Source of the DNA: an uncultured Kiritimatiellota bacterium
Lineage (GTDB): Bacteria > Verrucomicrobiota > Kiritimatiellia > RFP12 > DVOR01
Reading direction: 5' to 3'
Assembly: GCA_944391065.1 (NCBI GenBank)
Contig: CALXSH010000004.1
Span: forward strand, 2,842 to 66,841
DNA: 64,000 bases
Below, piece by piece: positions 36,338-45,895 of the stretch (position 1 is its first letter; each line of letters begins with the position of its first letter). A program made the translations under genes and the position numbers. The notes under the pieces are model-generated. The model did not search any database. It had not been told where the DNA came from and worked only from the letters and a program-made list of their open reading frames with translations.

Positions 36338-38583
36338 TGTTTGCCCACGTCGCCGTCGAAAACGTTCCCGACCGGCTCTTCACCTACGTCATCCCCGAAG
36401 GCCTGGACGTCCGCGTCGGCCAGCGCGTCGTCGTCCCGTGGCGTCAGGTGATGCGGCAGGGTTACGCCGTCGCCGTCGGCGACACTGCCCCCTGTCTCCG
36501 GAAGCGCGAAAAGCCGTCGGAGGAGACGCCCGAACAGGGTGACCTCTTCGGCACGCCTTCCGGTCCGAAGGGCATCCGCGCCGTCGCTGCGGTCGACGAT
36601 CCGCTTCCTTACTTCTCCGAAACGACAATCCGCCTTCTCCAATGGATGGCGGCCTACTACTCCGTCGGGTTCACGCTGGCCCTGCGCAGCGCCCTGCCGG
36701 CGCCCGTCCGCGAGGGACACGCCGGCGCCCGCGAGCTCTACATCGTCACGCCCGTCGTCCCGCCGCCCGCGGACCCCAAGCGCCTTCCGTCGCGCCGCCG
36801 GCAGCTCTATGAGGACATCGTCCGGGTCGACGGCGGCCGTCTGGCTCAGCTCTGCGAGGAATTCTCCACCACCCCCGCCACCGTCCGCAAACTGGCCGCG
36901 GACGGCTTCGTCACCTGCGAAAAGACAGTCGTCTCCCGCAGTCCGATGGCCGGCCGCCGCGTCCTGCCCGATCGTCCCCGCCCGCTGACGGCCGAACAGG
37001 CCTCCGCCCTGAAGACCATTCTCGACGCCGACCGCGCCGTCCTGCTCTTCGGCGTGACGGGTTCCGGCAAGACCGAGGTCTATATGCAGGCCATCGCCCA
37101 TGTCCTGGAGCAGGGCAGGGGAGCCATCGTCCTCGTGCCCGAAATCTCGCTCACCCCGCAGACCGTGACCCGCTTCGCCGCGCGCTTCGGCAGCCGCGTG
37201 GCCGTCCTGCACAGCGCCCTTTCCGACGGCGAGCGCCACGACGAATGGCACCGCATCCGCCGCGGTGAGGCCATGGTCGTCGTCGGGCCCCGTTCGGCCG
37301 TCTTCGCACCGCTCGCCAAGGTCGGCCTTATTGTCGTCGACGAAGAACACGACAGCGGGTACAAACAAGACGAATCGCCCCGTTACTCCGCCCGTGACGT
37401 CGCCGTCGTCCGTGCCCGGCTGGAGCACGCTATCTGCGTGCTCGGTTCCGCCACGCCTTCCCTCGAGAGCTGGCGCAACGCGACCATCCTCGGCAAATAC
37501 CGTCTCGCCGAGATGGCCCACCGCGTCGGCCACAGCACACTTCCCTCCGTGATGACCGTCGACATGCGCGAGGAGTGCAAACCCGGCGCGCTCGTCCCCA
37601 TCTTCTCCCAGCCCCTCATCGAGGCCCTCAAGACCCGCATCGAGCGCGGCGAACAATCCATCCTCTTCCTCAACCGCCGCGGTTACGCCCCCTCCGTGCA
37701 GTGCCCCAAGTGCGGTTACGTCATGACCTGCGAACGCTGCAGCGCCAAGATGACCTACCACATAAAGGACGACACCGTCCGCTGCCACCTCTGCGGCGCC
37801 TGGTCCCGTCCGCCCATGGCCTGTCCCCAATGCCACGCGCCCGGGTTTCGCTACACCGGATTCGGCACGCAGCGTGTCGAAGCGGCCCTCCACGCCATTC
37901 TGCCGCGGGCCCGCGTCATCCGCATGGACGCCGACGCGACGGCCCGCCGCCACAGTCACGACGAGCTCCTCTCGTCCTTTCGCGCCAAAGAGGCCGACAT
38001 CCTCCTCGGCACCCAGATGATTGCCAAGGGCCTTGATTTCCCCAATGTCACCCTTGTCGGCATTCTCGCCGCCGACCGTTCGCTCAACATCGCCTACGAC
38101 TTCCGTGCCGCCGAGCGGACTTTTCAGCTTATTGCCCAGGTCTCCGGACGCGCCGGCCGCGGCGAACTGCCGGGCCAGGTTATCGTTCAGACCTTCTCGC
38201 CCGAACACCCCGCCATTGCCCTTGCCGCCGCCTGCGACTACCGCGCCTTCGTCGCCCAGGAACTCGCCGAACGCGAAGCCGCCGGCCTGCCGCCCTTCCG
38301 CAAACTCGGCTGCGTTACCGTCACCTCACCTGACCCGGGCCTTGCCGAACGGACCGCGCGCCGCGCCGAGGTCGGCTTCCGTGTCTGCCGCGGCATCGAC
38401 GTCTCTCCCGCCTCACCCGCCCCGCTCGAACGCAAAGAGGACCTCTACCGTTGGCAGCTCCTCCTCCGCGCCGAATCCTCCCAAGCCATCTCCGCCGCCT
38501 GCGAACACGTCCTTCCCCGCGCCGAACGCCTTCGGAAGGACCTGCGCGTTCTTGTCGACATCGATGCCGTTTTTCTGAGCTGA
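36337..38583 (+). CDS. priA: Primosomal protein N'
   Basis: GVTGSGKTEVY, LVPEISLTPQ, VDEEHD, LGSATPS, FLNRRGY, four CxxC pairs, GTQMIAKGLDFP. Confidence 0.97.
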   Translation: MFAHVAVENVPDRLFTYVIPEGLDVRVGQRVVVPWRQVMRQGYAVAVGDTAPCLRKREKPSEETPEQGDLFGTPSGPKGIRAVAAVDDPLPYFSETTIRLLQWMAAYYSVGFTLALRSALPAPVREGHAGARELYIVTPVVPPPADPKRLPSRRRQLYEDIVRVDGGRLAQLCEEFSTTPATVRKLAADGFVTCEKTVVSRSPMAGRRVLPDRPRPLTAEQASALKTILDADRAVLLFGVTGSGKTEVYMQAIAHVLEQGRGAIVLVPEISLTPQTVTRFAARFGSRVAVLHSALSDGERHDEWHRIRRGEAMVVVGPRSAVFAPLAKVGLIVVDEEHDSGYKQDESPRYSARDVAVVRARLEHAICVLGSATPSLESWRNATILGKYRLAEMAHRVGHSTLPSVMTVDMREECKPGALVPIFSQPLIEALKTRIERGEQSILFLNRRGYAPSVQCPKCGYVMTCERCSAKMTYHIKDDTVRCHLCGAWSRPPMACPQCHAPGFRYTGFGTQRVEAALHAILPRARVIRMDADATARRHSHDELLSSFRAKEADILLGTQMIAKGLDFPNVTLVGILAADRSLNIAYDFRAAERTFQLIAQVSGRAGRGELPGQVIVQTFSPEHPAIALAAACDYRAFVAQELAEREAAGLPPFRKLGCVTVTSPDPGLAERTARRAEVGFRVCRGIDVSPASPAPLERKEDLYRWQLLLRAESSQAISAACEHVLPRAERLRKDLRVLVDIDAVFLS

Positions 38584-38660
38584 CCGCGCGTTCTGACCTC
38601 CGTTTCGTCAGATAATGGGGGCTTTTTGGTATACTACGCACTCATTTTCGAAAGGATAGA

Positions 38661-40394
38661 ATGACGCAATTCAAGGATTTAGGGCTGCCTGCCCCGCTGC
38701 TGCAGGCCGTGGAGGGATTGGGCTTCCGGGAGCCTATGCCGATTCAGGCGGCGGCGATTCCCGTGCTGATGGCCGAGACGCCGCCGGACTGCGTGGCGTT
38801 GGCCGCGACGGGTACCGGCAAGACCTGTGCCTACGGTTTGCCGCTTCTGGCCAAGGTCGATGCCGCCGTTGCCGCCGTGCAGGGGGTGGTGCTCGCGCCG
38901 ACGCGCGAACTCTGCCTGCAGATCGGCGAGGAACTCGCCCGCTTCGCGCGTCATCTGCCTGATGTCCATGTGGCTGCCTGCTACGGCGGCGCGCCGATTG
39001 TCCAGCAGATCCGCCGCCTGGAGCGCGGGGCACAGGCGGTTGTGGCCACGCCCGGCCGTCTCTGCGATCTGATTCGCCGCGAAGCCATTCGTCTTGACGG
39101 CGTGCGCGTCTGTGTCCTGGACGAGGCCGACGAGATGCTCGACCTCGGTTTCCGTGAGGAACTGGATTTCATTCTGGGGCAGGTCTCCGGGACTTCGGCC
39201 AAGTGGCTCTTCTCGGCGACGATGCCCGAGCAGGTCGCCAGTCTGGTCAAGACCTACACCCATGAGCCGACCGAAATCACCGTCGGTCAGCGCAACGTCG
39301 CGCAGGCCAACATTGCCCATCACGCCTACTCGGTCTCCGAGAAGAACCGTTACGGCGCCCTCCGCCGCGTCATTGACTTCGTGCCCGAGATGTACGGCCT
39401 CGTCTTCTGCCGCACGCGTGCCGACACCCAGCGGCTCAGTGAGGCCCTGATGCACGACGGCGTCTATGCCGAAGCCCTCCATGGCGACCTCTCCCAGGCT
39501 CAGCGCGACAGCGTGATGCGCAAATTCCGCGAGAAGGCCGTCCGCATCCTCGTCGCCACCGATGTCGCCGCGCGTGGTCTCGATGTCGACGACGTGACCC
39601 ACGTCATCCATTACAATCTGCCCGACGATCCCGCCGTCTATACGCACCGCAGCGGCCGTACGGCCCGTGCCGGCAAGAGCGGCTCCTCCATCGCCCTCGT
39701 CACGCCGCGCGAACGTCAGCGCCTCCGCCTGATTGAGCGCATCTGCGGGATGCGGTTCGAACAGCGCACCATCCCGACCGCCGACGACATTCGTCAGCGT
39801 CAGGTCTTCTGGATGGCCGAACAGGTCCGCGAGGTTCACGGGGTCGATCCCGCCATTGAGGCCCTGCTGCCCGCCATCGCCCCGATGGTTGCCGGCCTGG
39901 CGCCCGAGCAGGTGCTCGCCCGTATCCTCCAGATCCGTCTGGCCTCCCTGATGGAGGCCTACCGCGAGGCCAAGGATATCAACCTGCCGCTGCCTGAGGA
40001 GGTCCGCGAGGAGAAGCGCCGCCGTGACGAGGCCTTCGGCGAAAAGCGCCGCGTCATGCTCCGCGTCGGCCGTCTCGATCACCTGCGCGAAGGCGCCGTC
40101 GTCCGCATCGTCTGCGAACGCGCCGGCGTCACGGCTTCCGATATCGGGGCCATCGCCATCAAGCGAGAATTCTCCTTCTTTGACGTCCGCGAGGCCGTCG
40201 CCGAACAGGTCCTGGTCGCCCTGGCCGGAGCCGATTTCGACGGCAAACCGCTTGAACCCAGGTTCGTCGACGCCGAGGAACCGGCCCGTCGGGGCGACAG
40301 GCCCCACCGCAAAGGTCCCTTCAGGGAGAAGCGCGGCGGCGACCGCACGCCCTTCCGCCGCGGCAGAAAAGAGGGCAGGGGGGGCCGCGCCTGA
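38661..40394 (+). CDS. deaD: DEAD-box RNA helicase (DeaD/CsdA-like, C-terminal DbpA domain)
   Basis: ATGTGKT, PTRELC, DEADEML, SAT, HRSGRTARAG, C-terminal DIGAIAI..FSFFDV. Confidence 0.85.
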   Translation: MTQFKDLGLPAPLLQAVEGLGFREPMPIQAAAIPVLMAETPPDCVALAATGTGKTCAYGLPLLAKVDAAVAAVQGVVLAPTRELCLQIGEELARFARHLPDVHVAACYGGAPIVQQIRRLERGAQAVVATPGRLCDLIRREAIRLDGVRVCVLDEADEMLDLGFREELDFILGQVSGTSAKWLFSATMPEQVASLVKTYTHEPTEITVGQRNVAQANIAHHAYSVSEKNRYGALRRVIDFVPEMYGLVFCRTRADTQRLSEALMHDGVYAEALHGDLSQAQRDSVMRKFREKAVRILVATDVAARGLDVDDVTHVIHYNLPDDPAVYTHRSGRTARAGKSGSSIALVTPRERQRLRLIERICGMRFEQRTIPTADDIRQRQVFWMAEQVREVHGVDPAIEALLPAIAPMVAGLAPEQVLARILQIRLASLMEAYREAKDINLPLPEEVREEKRRRDEAFGEKRRVMLRVGRLDHLREGAVVRIVCERAGVTASDIGAIAIKREFSFFDVREAVAEQVLVALAGADFDGKPLEPRFVDAEEPARRGDRPHRKGPFREKRGGDRTPFRRGRKEGRGGRA

Positions 40395-41686
40395 TGAGTG
40401 CCGCCTTCGAAGCGCTCAATCCCGCCCTCCGCAAGGCCATTGCCGCCGTCGGCTACACGATGCCGACCCCGATCCAGGCGAAGGCCATCCCGCCGCTCCT
40501 CAAGGGCCGTGACCTGATCGGCTGTGCCCAGACCGGCACCGGCAAGACGGCCGCCTTCGCCCTGCCCATTCTCCATCGTCTGGCGCTTGAAAACCGCGCC
40601 GTCCGTCCGTGCCGCCCGCACGTGCTGATCCTCGCGCCGACGCGCGAACTCGTCGCGCAGATCGGGGAGAATGTCGAGGCTTACGCCCGTTTTCAGAAGA
40701 CCCCCAGCGCGGTTGTCTTCGGCGGCGTCAATATCACCCCGCAGATCAGGAAGCTCGAGGCCGGCGTGGCCGTCCTCGTCGCGACGCCGGGCCGCCTCCT
40801 CGACCTTTGCGCGCAGAAAGCCCTCTTCCTCGATTCCATCCGGACCGTCGTCCTCGATGAGGCCGACCGCATGCTCGACATGGGCTTCCTGCCCGATATC
40901 CGAAGGATTCTCGATCGGTTGCCCGAGCGCCGCCAGTCCCTCTTCTTCTCCGCGACGCTTTCTCCCGAGATTACCGAACTGGCCGAACAGTTCGTCCGCG
41001 GCGAGGCCGTCACGATCCGCATCGACCCCGGAAAGCCTGCCGTCGAGCGCATCCGCCAGACCGTCTACTTCGTGGACAAGGAGAACAAGGTCGCCCTGCT
41101 GAAGGAACTCCTCGAGAACCCCAAGGCCTTCCGCGTCATCGTCTTCCCGCGCATGAAGCACGGTGCCGACCGTCTCTGCAGGCAGCTGACCAAGGCCGGC
41201 TTCAAGGCCGCGGCCCTGCATGGCGACAAGAGCCAGAACGCCCGTCTGCGGGCCCTCTCGGGGTTCCGTGACGGGACGATTCACGTCCTCGTCGCGACCG
41301 ATATCGCCGCGCGCGGCATCGACGTCGATGATGTGACGCACGTCATCAATTACGATTTGCCCGACGAGCCCGAGACCTACGTCCATCGCATCGGCCGCAC
41401 GGCCCGTGCCGGCGCCGAAGGTGAGGCCATTTCACTTGTCTGCGCGCAGGACCGCAACGCGCTGCGCGACATTGAGCGCTTCATCCGCCGTCCCATCCCG
41501 CAGAAGCTCGACCATCCCTTCCACTCCGAAGCCGCCCGGACGGCCATGGGCGCCGCAGCCTCGCGTCCGCCCCGCGGCGACCGGCGGCAGCAGCCCCGCC
41601 GCCCCAAGGCGTCCTCTCCCAAACCGGAGGCCGCGCCCGCACCCAAGGCAAAACCCCACGCCTTCGCGAAATTCGCCAAACGCTGA
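40394..41686 (+). CDS. rhlE: DEAD-box RNA helicase (RhlE-like)
   Basis: AQTGTGKTAAF, DEADRMLDMGF, HGDKSQNAR, YVHRIGRTARAG. Confidence 0.85.
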   Translation: MSAAFEALNPALRKAIAAVGYTMPTPIQAKAIPPLLKGRDLIGCAQTGTGKTAAFALPILHRLALENRAVRPCRPHVLILAPTRELVAQIGENVEAYARFQKTPSAVVFGGVNITPQIRKLEAGVAVLVATPGRLLDLCAQKALFLDSIRTVVLDEADRMLDMGFLPDIRRILDRLPERRQSLFFSATLSPEITELAEQFVRGEAVTIRIDPGKPAVERIRQTVYFVDKENKVALLKELLENPKAFRVIVFPRMKHGADRLCRQLTKAGFKAAALHGDKSQNARLRALSGFRDGTIHVLVATDIAARGIDVDDVTHVINYDLPDEPETYVHRIGRTARAGAEGEAISLVCAQDRNALRDIERFIRRPIPQKLDHPFHSEAARTAMGAAASRPPRGDRRQQPRRPKASSPKPEAAPAPKAKPHAFAKFAKR

Positions 41687-41698
41687 GGAGGTTTAATC

Positions 41699-42121
41699 AT
41701 GCTCATTGTGACCAAGACTCTCTCCTTCGATGCTGCCCATCTGCTGACCGGTCATGCCGGTCTCTGCCGTAACCTCCACGGTCATACCTACAAGGTGACC
41801 GTCGAGCTCGGCAACGTGCCCCCCATGGCCGGACAGCCTGAGGACATGGTGATGGATTTCAAGGACCTCAAGACGGTCATGGAGGAGGATATCGCTGCCT
41901 GCTGCGACCACACCTTCCTCTACGATTCCGAATCCGAGGTCGAGTGTGACATCGCCGCCACCCTTCGCCGTCACGGTCTGCGGACCTACGCCATGCCGTA
42001 CCGCACGACCAGCGAAAACCTTGCCCGCCACTTTTTCGAGAAGGTCCGTGCCCGCGGTCTTCCCGTCACGGCTGTCTCGGTCCGTGAGACTGACTCCTCC
42101 TGCGCGACTTACAGGGCCTGA
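41699..42121 (+). CDS. queD: 6-carboxytetrahydropterin synthase
   Basis: FDAAH, C.NLHGHTY, MVMDF, DH, TSENLA, V.ET. Confidence 0.9.
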   Translation: MLIVTKTLSFDAAHLLTGHAGLCRNLHGHTYKVTVELGNVPPMAGQPEDMVMDFKDLKTVMEEDIAACCDHTFLYDSESEVECDIAATLRRHGLRTYAMPYRTTSENLARHFFEKVRARGLPVTAVSVRETDSSCATYRA

Positions 42122-42132
42122 TGTCGGCAGCC

Positions 42133-42391
42133 GTGCGCAACGATGACTAAAGCGCTGTCGCTATGGACCGCACCCCAATCAGCCGGAGGAAGCAGGTGAT
42201 GACACGGGAGTCCATACCTGACCGAGACAACCTGAATGCGGCGTGCCCGCAAGGGGTCAGGGATAAGGGCTGGTTTACCCTCACGGACGTATACGAAGGT
42301 AGGCCAGTCTGAGTTATGAGCACCCGCCCGGTACGGGTCCGTATGCCGGGTGGTGCGGGAGGTCGGCGGGGTGACCCGCCTCATACCCGAT
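42133..42391 (+). mobile_element. Group IIC intron relic with internally deleted RT
   Basis: Domain V-like ccgcccggtacgggtccgtatgccgggtggt (about 42324-42354) and domain VI gcgggagg...cctcatacccgat ending in AT. Upstream mini-ORF matches the termini of intron RTs. The 5' boundary (gtgcgc at 42133) is uncertain. Confidence 0.8.
42199..42312 (+). pseudogene. 37-aa remnant of a group II intron RT/maturase
   Basis: MTRESIPDRDNLNAACPQGVRDKG-WFTLTDVYEGRPV*: the RT N-terminal E.IL.RDNLN.A...V..NKG motif is fused to a C-terminal G..L.D.Y motif; RBS ggagg. Confidence 0.7.
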
Positions 42392-42404
42392 TTAGGATAA
42401 GCCC

Positions 42405-44294
42405 ATGCGCCCGACGTTACTTCGATATCTCTCGGCGGCCTCTCTGGCCTGCCTTGTGACGGGGCTCTCCGCTTCGCCCGACGACTGGCGGTTGCCGGAG
42501 AGCGTGGCCGTCTCGCCAGACGGCGACACGGTCCTGCTCGGATGCCGATACGGCACGGCCGAACGCCGTTCGCCCGACGGTAAGAATCTCGGTGCCTGGA
42601 CGGCCACGGTTTCGCGTGGCGGATTCCTGGGCCTCTTCGCGGACCAGAACACCGTCCCCGTGACCGGTGTCGCGTACGGCGCCGACGGAACGGCCTGGTA
42701 CACGGCCGACGACGGCGCACGCGGCCGCCTCTTTCGCGACGACGGCGATTCCGTCGTCGTCGGTGACGGGCCGCAGGCTCCGCTGCCCTCGGCCGACGGC
42801 CGTTGGGTTTGGCTCTGTTGCCGCTATTCCGGCACGGCCGTGAAGGTCGATGCCGACGCGATGGAGGTCGTGGCTGCGGTCCATGCCGGGCGTGAACCGC
42901 AGGCCATCGCGCTTGGCGCGGAGGAGCGGTTGCTCTTCGTCGCTTCTCACCTGCCCGATGCCGCCATCGATCCCGCGCTGCCCGTCGCTGCCGATGTGGC
43001 GGTGCTCGACGCGCGGACCCTTGACCGGGTCCGAACCCTCGAACTCCCTGACGGGTCGACCTCGGTGCGCGGCATGGCCTCTTCTCCTGACGGCGCGTAT
43101 ATCTATCTGACCCATACCGTGGCGCGTTACCGCCTGCCGACGACGCAGGTTGAGCGCGGCTGGATGAACAGCGCTGCGCTCTCGATCCTCGACGGCCGCG
43201 ACGGGACTTATATCAATACGGTCATGCTCGACGACATCGACGGCGGCGCCGCCAATCCCTGGGGTGTGGCCGTCTCGCCCGATGGCCGTACCTTGGCCGT
43301 GGCCCACGCGGGCACGCAGGAGGTCAGCCTCATTGACCGCGCCGCCCTCCACGCGCGCCTCGACGCCGCCGCCGCCGACCGCCCCGTCTCGGCCGTGACC
43401 GACTGCGCGGCTGACGTCATCAACGATTTCTCCTTCCTGAGCGGCATCCGTCGCCGCGTCAAACTCGGTCAGCCCGGTCCGCGCGGCATCGCGCTGACCA
43501 ATGAGACGCTTTATGTCGCGCTCTGCTTTGCCGACGGTTTCGCCGCCGTACCTGTCAATCCCGACATTCCCGCGAAGGTGATGCCAATGGACGGCAAGGC
43601 CTTCGCCGATCTCGCCGAATCACCTGTGCTCCGTGGCGAGATGCTTTTCAACGACGCCACCAAGTGCTTCCAGAATTGGCAGAGCTGCGCGTCCTGCCAT
43701 CCCGACGCGCGCGCCGATGCGCTCAACTGGGACCTGATGAATGACGGCATCGGCAATCCCAAGCAGACCAAAAGTCTCCTCTACTCCTACTGCACTCCGC
43801 CGACGATGATTACCGGCATCCGCCGTGGCATGATGCACTGCAACCGTGCGGGCTTCCGCTATATCCAGTTCGTCCGCGTCGACGAGGAGGACGTCCGGGA
43901 TGTCGATGCCTATCTGATCGCGTTGCTCCCCCGTCCCTCGCCCTATACCTCCGACCCCGAGGCCATTGCCCGTGGCCGTGAGGTCTACCGCAGGGCCGAC
44001 TGCGCCCGCTGCCACATGCCGGAGTATTACTATACGGCCGCGGCCAATCCAGACAGTCCCGACGGCGTGCCGCTCTACGACATCGGCCTCGGTACCGGAC
44101 CGGAAACGGGACGTAAATTCGATGTGGCGACGCTTTGCGAGGTCTGGCGCACGGGTCCTTATCTCTACGACGGACGCGCCAAGACGATGCGCGAGGTCCT
44201 GACGCGGTTTAATACCAGGGACATGCACGGTGTCACCACCGACCTGACGCGTCAGGAGCTGAGCGACCTCGAGGCCTTCATCCTTTCTCTCTGA
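42405..44294 (+). CDS. Secreted YVTN-type beta-propeller fused to a di-heme cytochrome c (peroxidase-like) domain
   Basis: Signal peptide; repeated P.gvavSPDG blades; CASCH and CARCH heme motifs; GPYLYDGRAKT. Confidence 0.88.
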   Translation: MRPTLLRYLSAASLACLVTGLSASPDDWRLPESVAVSPDGDTVLLGCRYGTAERRSPDGKNLGAWTATVSRGGFLGLFADQNTVPVTGVAYGADGTAWYTADDGARGRLFRDDGDSVVVGDGPQAPLPSADGRWVWLCCRYSGTAVKVDADAMEVVAAVHAGREPQAIALGAEERLLFVASHLPDAAIDPALPVAADVAVLDARTLDRVRTLELPDGSTSVRGMASSPDGAYIYLTHTVARYRLPTTQVERGWMNSAALSILDGRDGTYINTVMLDDIDGGAANPWGVAVSPDGRTLAVAHAGTQEVSLIDRAALHARLDAAAADRPVSAVTDCAADVINDFSFLSGIRRRVKLGQPGPRGIALTNETLYVALCFADGFAAVPVNPDIPAKVMPMDGKAFADLAESPVLRGEMLFNDATKCFQNWQSCASCHPDARADALNWDLMNDGIGNPKQTKSLLYSYCTPPTMITGIRRGMMHCNRAGFRYIQFVRVDEEDVRDVDAYLIALLPRPSPYTSDPEAIARGREVYRRADCARCHMPEYYYTAAANPDSPDGVPLYDIGLGTGPETGRKFDVATLCEVWRTGPYLYDGRAKTMREVLTRFNTRDMHGVTTDLTRQELSDLEAFILSL

Positions 44295-44319
44295 CACCCG
44301 CTGTACCCGTGAGGATCCT

Positions 44320-45255
44320 ATGCTGACGCTGACCGATTGCACGACCGGCCGAGAGGCCTTTGTCTGGACCGCCGATTCACCTGATTTTTTCCCCCATTTG
44401 CCAGGATTCCGCCTGACGCAGACCCATGCCGGCCTGCCGCCTGTCGCGAAAGGGGCGGTGCCGGGTGGGGTCTTCGAGCGTTCCGTCACCGTGGACGGCT
44501 GCGGCAGCGTCCTCTTCTACCGCCATGGGGCGCTTCGCCTCGCCTATGCCTTCGGTCTCCTGCCGGATGACGTCCGCGCCGCGCCGACCGTGCAGCTCGC
44601 TTCGGTCTTCGGTCATGTGCTTACGCTGTCGGAGGCTGCGGGCATCACGCCCGACCGGATCTGTCGGAACTGGTTTTATCTTGATCGCATCCTTGATTGG
44701 TACGGCGATTTCAACAAGGCTCGCGACGCCTTTTTCTCCGGACTCGGTATCGCCGGGAGGTTCCCGGCCAGTACGGGTATCGGTTGCGGCAACGCGGCCG
44801 GCGCGGCCGTGACGATGGGCTTCATGGCTGTCCTTGGCGGAGCGTGGTCGCCCGTGGCTTCACCGTGTCAGTGCCCGGCGTCCGATTACAAAAGCAGCTT
44901 CAGCCGCGCCGCGGAAATTGCCTTGCCCGAGGGCCGTTGGCTGAGTCTCTCGGGCACGGCGAGCATCGCCCCTGACGGGAAAACGCTCCATCCCGGCGAT
45001 CCCGTCCGTCAGATTGAACGGACGATGGAGGCCGTCAGGGCCATCTTGGAATCGCGGGGCATGGGGTGGGAGCACTTCCGCCGCACGCTGGTCTATCTGA
45101 AGCATCCCGACTTCCTCAGCCACTGGCAGGCCTGGCTGAAGGAACACGGACTGCCGACCGACTTCGCACCCGTCATGGTGGCCGATGTCTGCCGCGACGA
45201 CCTGCTCTTTGAGTTCGAAGGCGGCGCGCTGCTGAAGGATGGCGCCCATGCGTGA
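44320..45255 (+). CDS. Rid-fold FkbO/Hyg5 chorismatase-like protein
   Basis: RNWFYL, PASTGIG, SFSRA, SGTASI..DG.T.HPGD..Q, ADVCRDDLLFEFE. Confidence 0.75.
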   Translation: MLTLTDCTTGREAFVWTADSPDFFPHLPGFRLTQTHAGLPPVAKGAVPGGVFERSVTVDGCGSVLFYRHGALRLAYAFGLLPDDVRAAPTVQLASVFGHVLTLSEAAGITPDRICRNWFYLDRILDWYGDFNKARDAFFSGLGIAGRFPASTGIGCGNAAGAAVTMGFMAVLGGAWSPVASPCQCPASDYKSSFSRAAEIALPEGRWLSLSGTASIAPDGKTLHPGDPVRQIERTMEAVRAILESRGMGWEHFRRTLVYLKHPDFLSHWQAWLKEHGLPTDFAPVMVADVCRDDLLFEFEGGALLKDGAHA

Positions 45256-45895
45256 GCGCCGGGGAAGCATCTTCCGCGGCGCCGGTATCGCGGCGCTGCT
45301 GGTTCTGGCGGCGCTGGCGATTCTTCTGGCTCTGCCGCAGAGTGAGCGCTTCCGTGAACTGACCGTCTTCCGCTGCGCCGCGTGGGCCGTTCTGATCGGG
45401 TTCGCTGCGGTCGCGGTTCAGGCGCTTTTCGCGCGGGCTTGGGTACGGGCCCTCTTCGCGGCCGGGGCCGTCTGTGTGACGGTCGGCTTCGGCGTTACGG
45501 GCGCTTCGGCGCGTGAGGGGGCGCTGGTATTGACGGACAGCCTCTCGCCCTATGCGAACCACAGGCTGCTGCGCGAACGTGTGGTGGGCGGTGAGACGGT
45601 GAGGCTGGAGTCCTTCCGCCAAGAGACTTATCCGAACGGCATGCCGCGCCAGTACACGACGCTCCTGCGTTTCCCCGATGGACTCCGGGAGATCTCGGTC
45701 AACCGTCCTTACCGCCGCGATGGCTACACCTACTATCAGATGTCCTGCGACGGCGGCGTCGGGCCGGACGGGTATCCCTTCGTACAGACGGTTCTGACGG
45801 TTCGCCGCGATCCCGGGGTGCCGGTCGTCTTCGCAGGATTCGCGATGCTCCTGGCGGCGTCGGCAGCCTTGGCGGTTCGGGAGGTGCGGCGATGA
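45248..45895 (+). CDS. Cytochrome c biogenesis protein ResB/CcsB-like (short)
   Basis: N-terminal TMs; L..F..E.YPNGMP.QY...ISVNRPY...GY..YQ.S...DPG.PVVFAGF. Confidence 0.75.
   Translation: MRERRGSIFRGAGIAALLVLAALAILLALPQSERFRELTVFRCAAWAVLIGFAAVAVQALFARAWVRALFAAGAVCVTVGFGVTGASAREGALVLTDSLSPYANHRLLRERVVGGETVRLESFRQETYPNGMPRQYTTLLRFPDGLREISVNRPYRRDGYTYYQMSCDGGVGPDGYPFVQTVLTVRRDPGVPVVFAGFAMLLAASAALAVREVRR

Noticed and set aside
41699-42200. preQ1 riboswitch near queD
   Set aside because: queD starts 12 nt after rhlE with no leader, and the downstream structured region is explained by the intron relic.
42199-42391. DGR, retron or active retroelement
   Set aside because: No RT catalytic (YADD) domain anywhere in the window and no TR/VR pair noticed.
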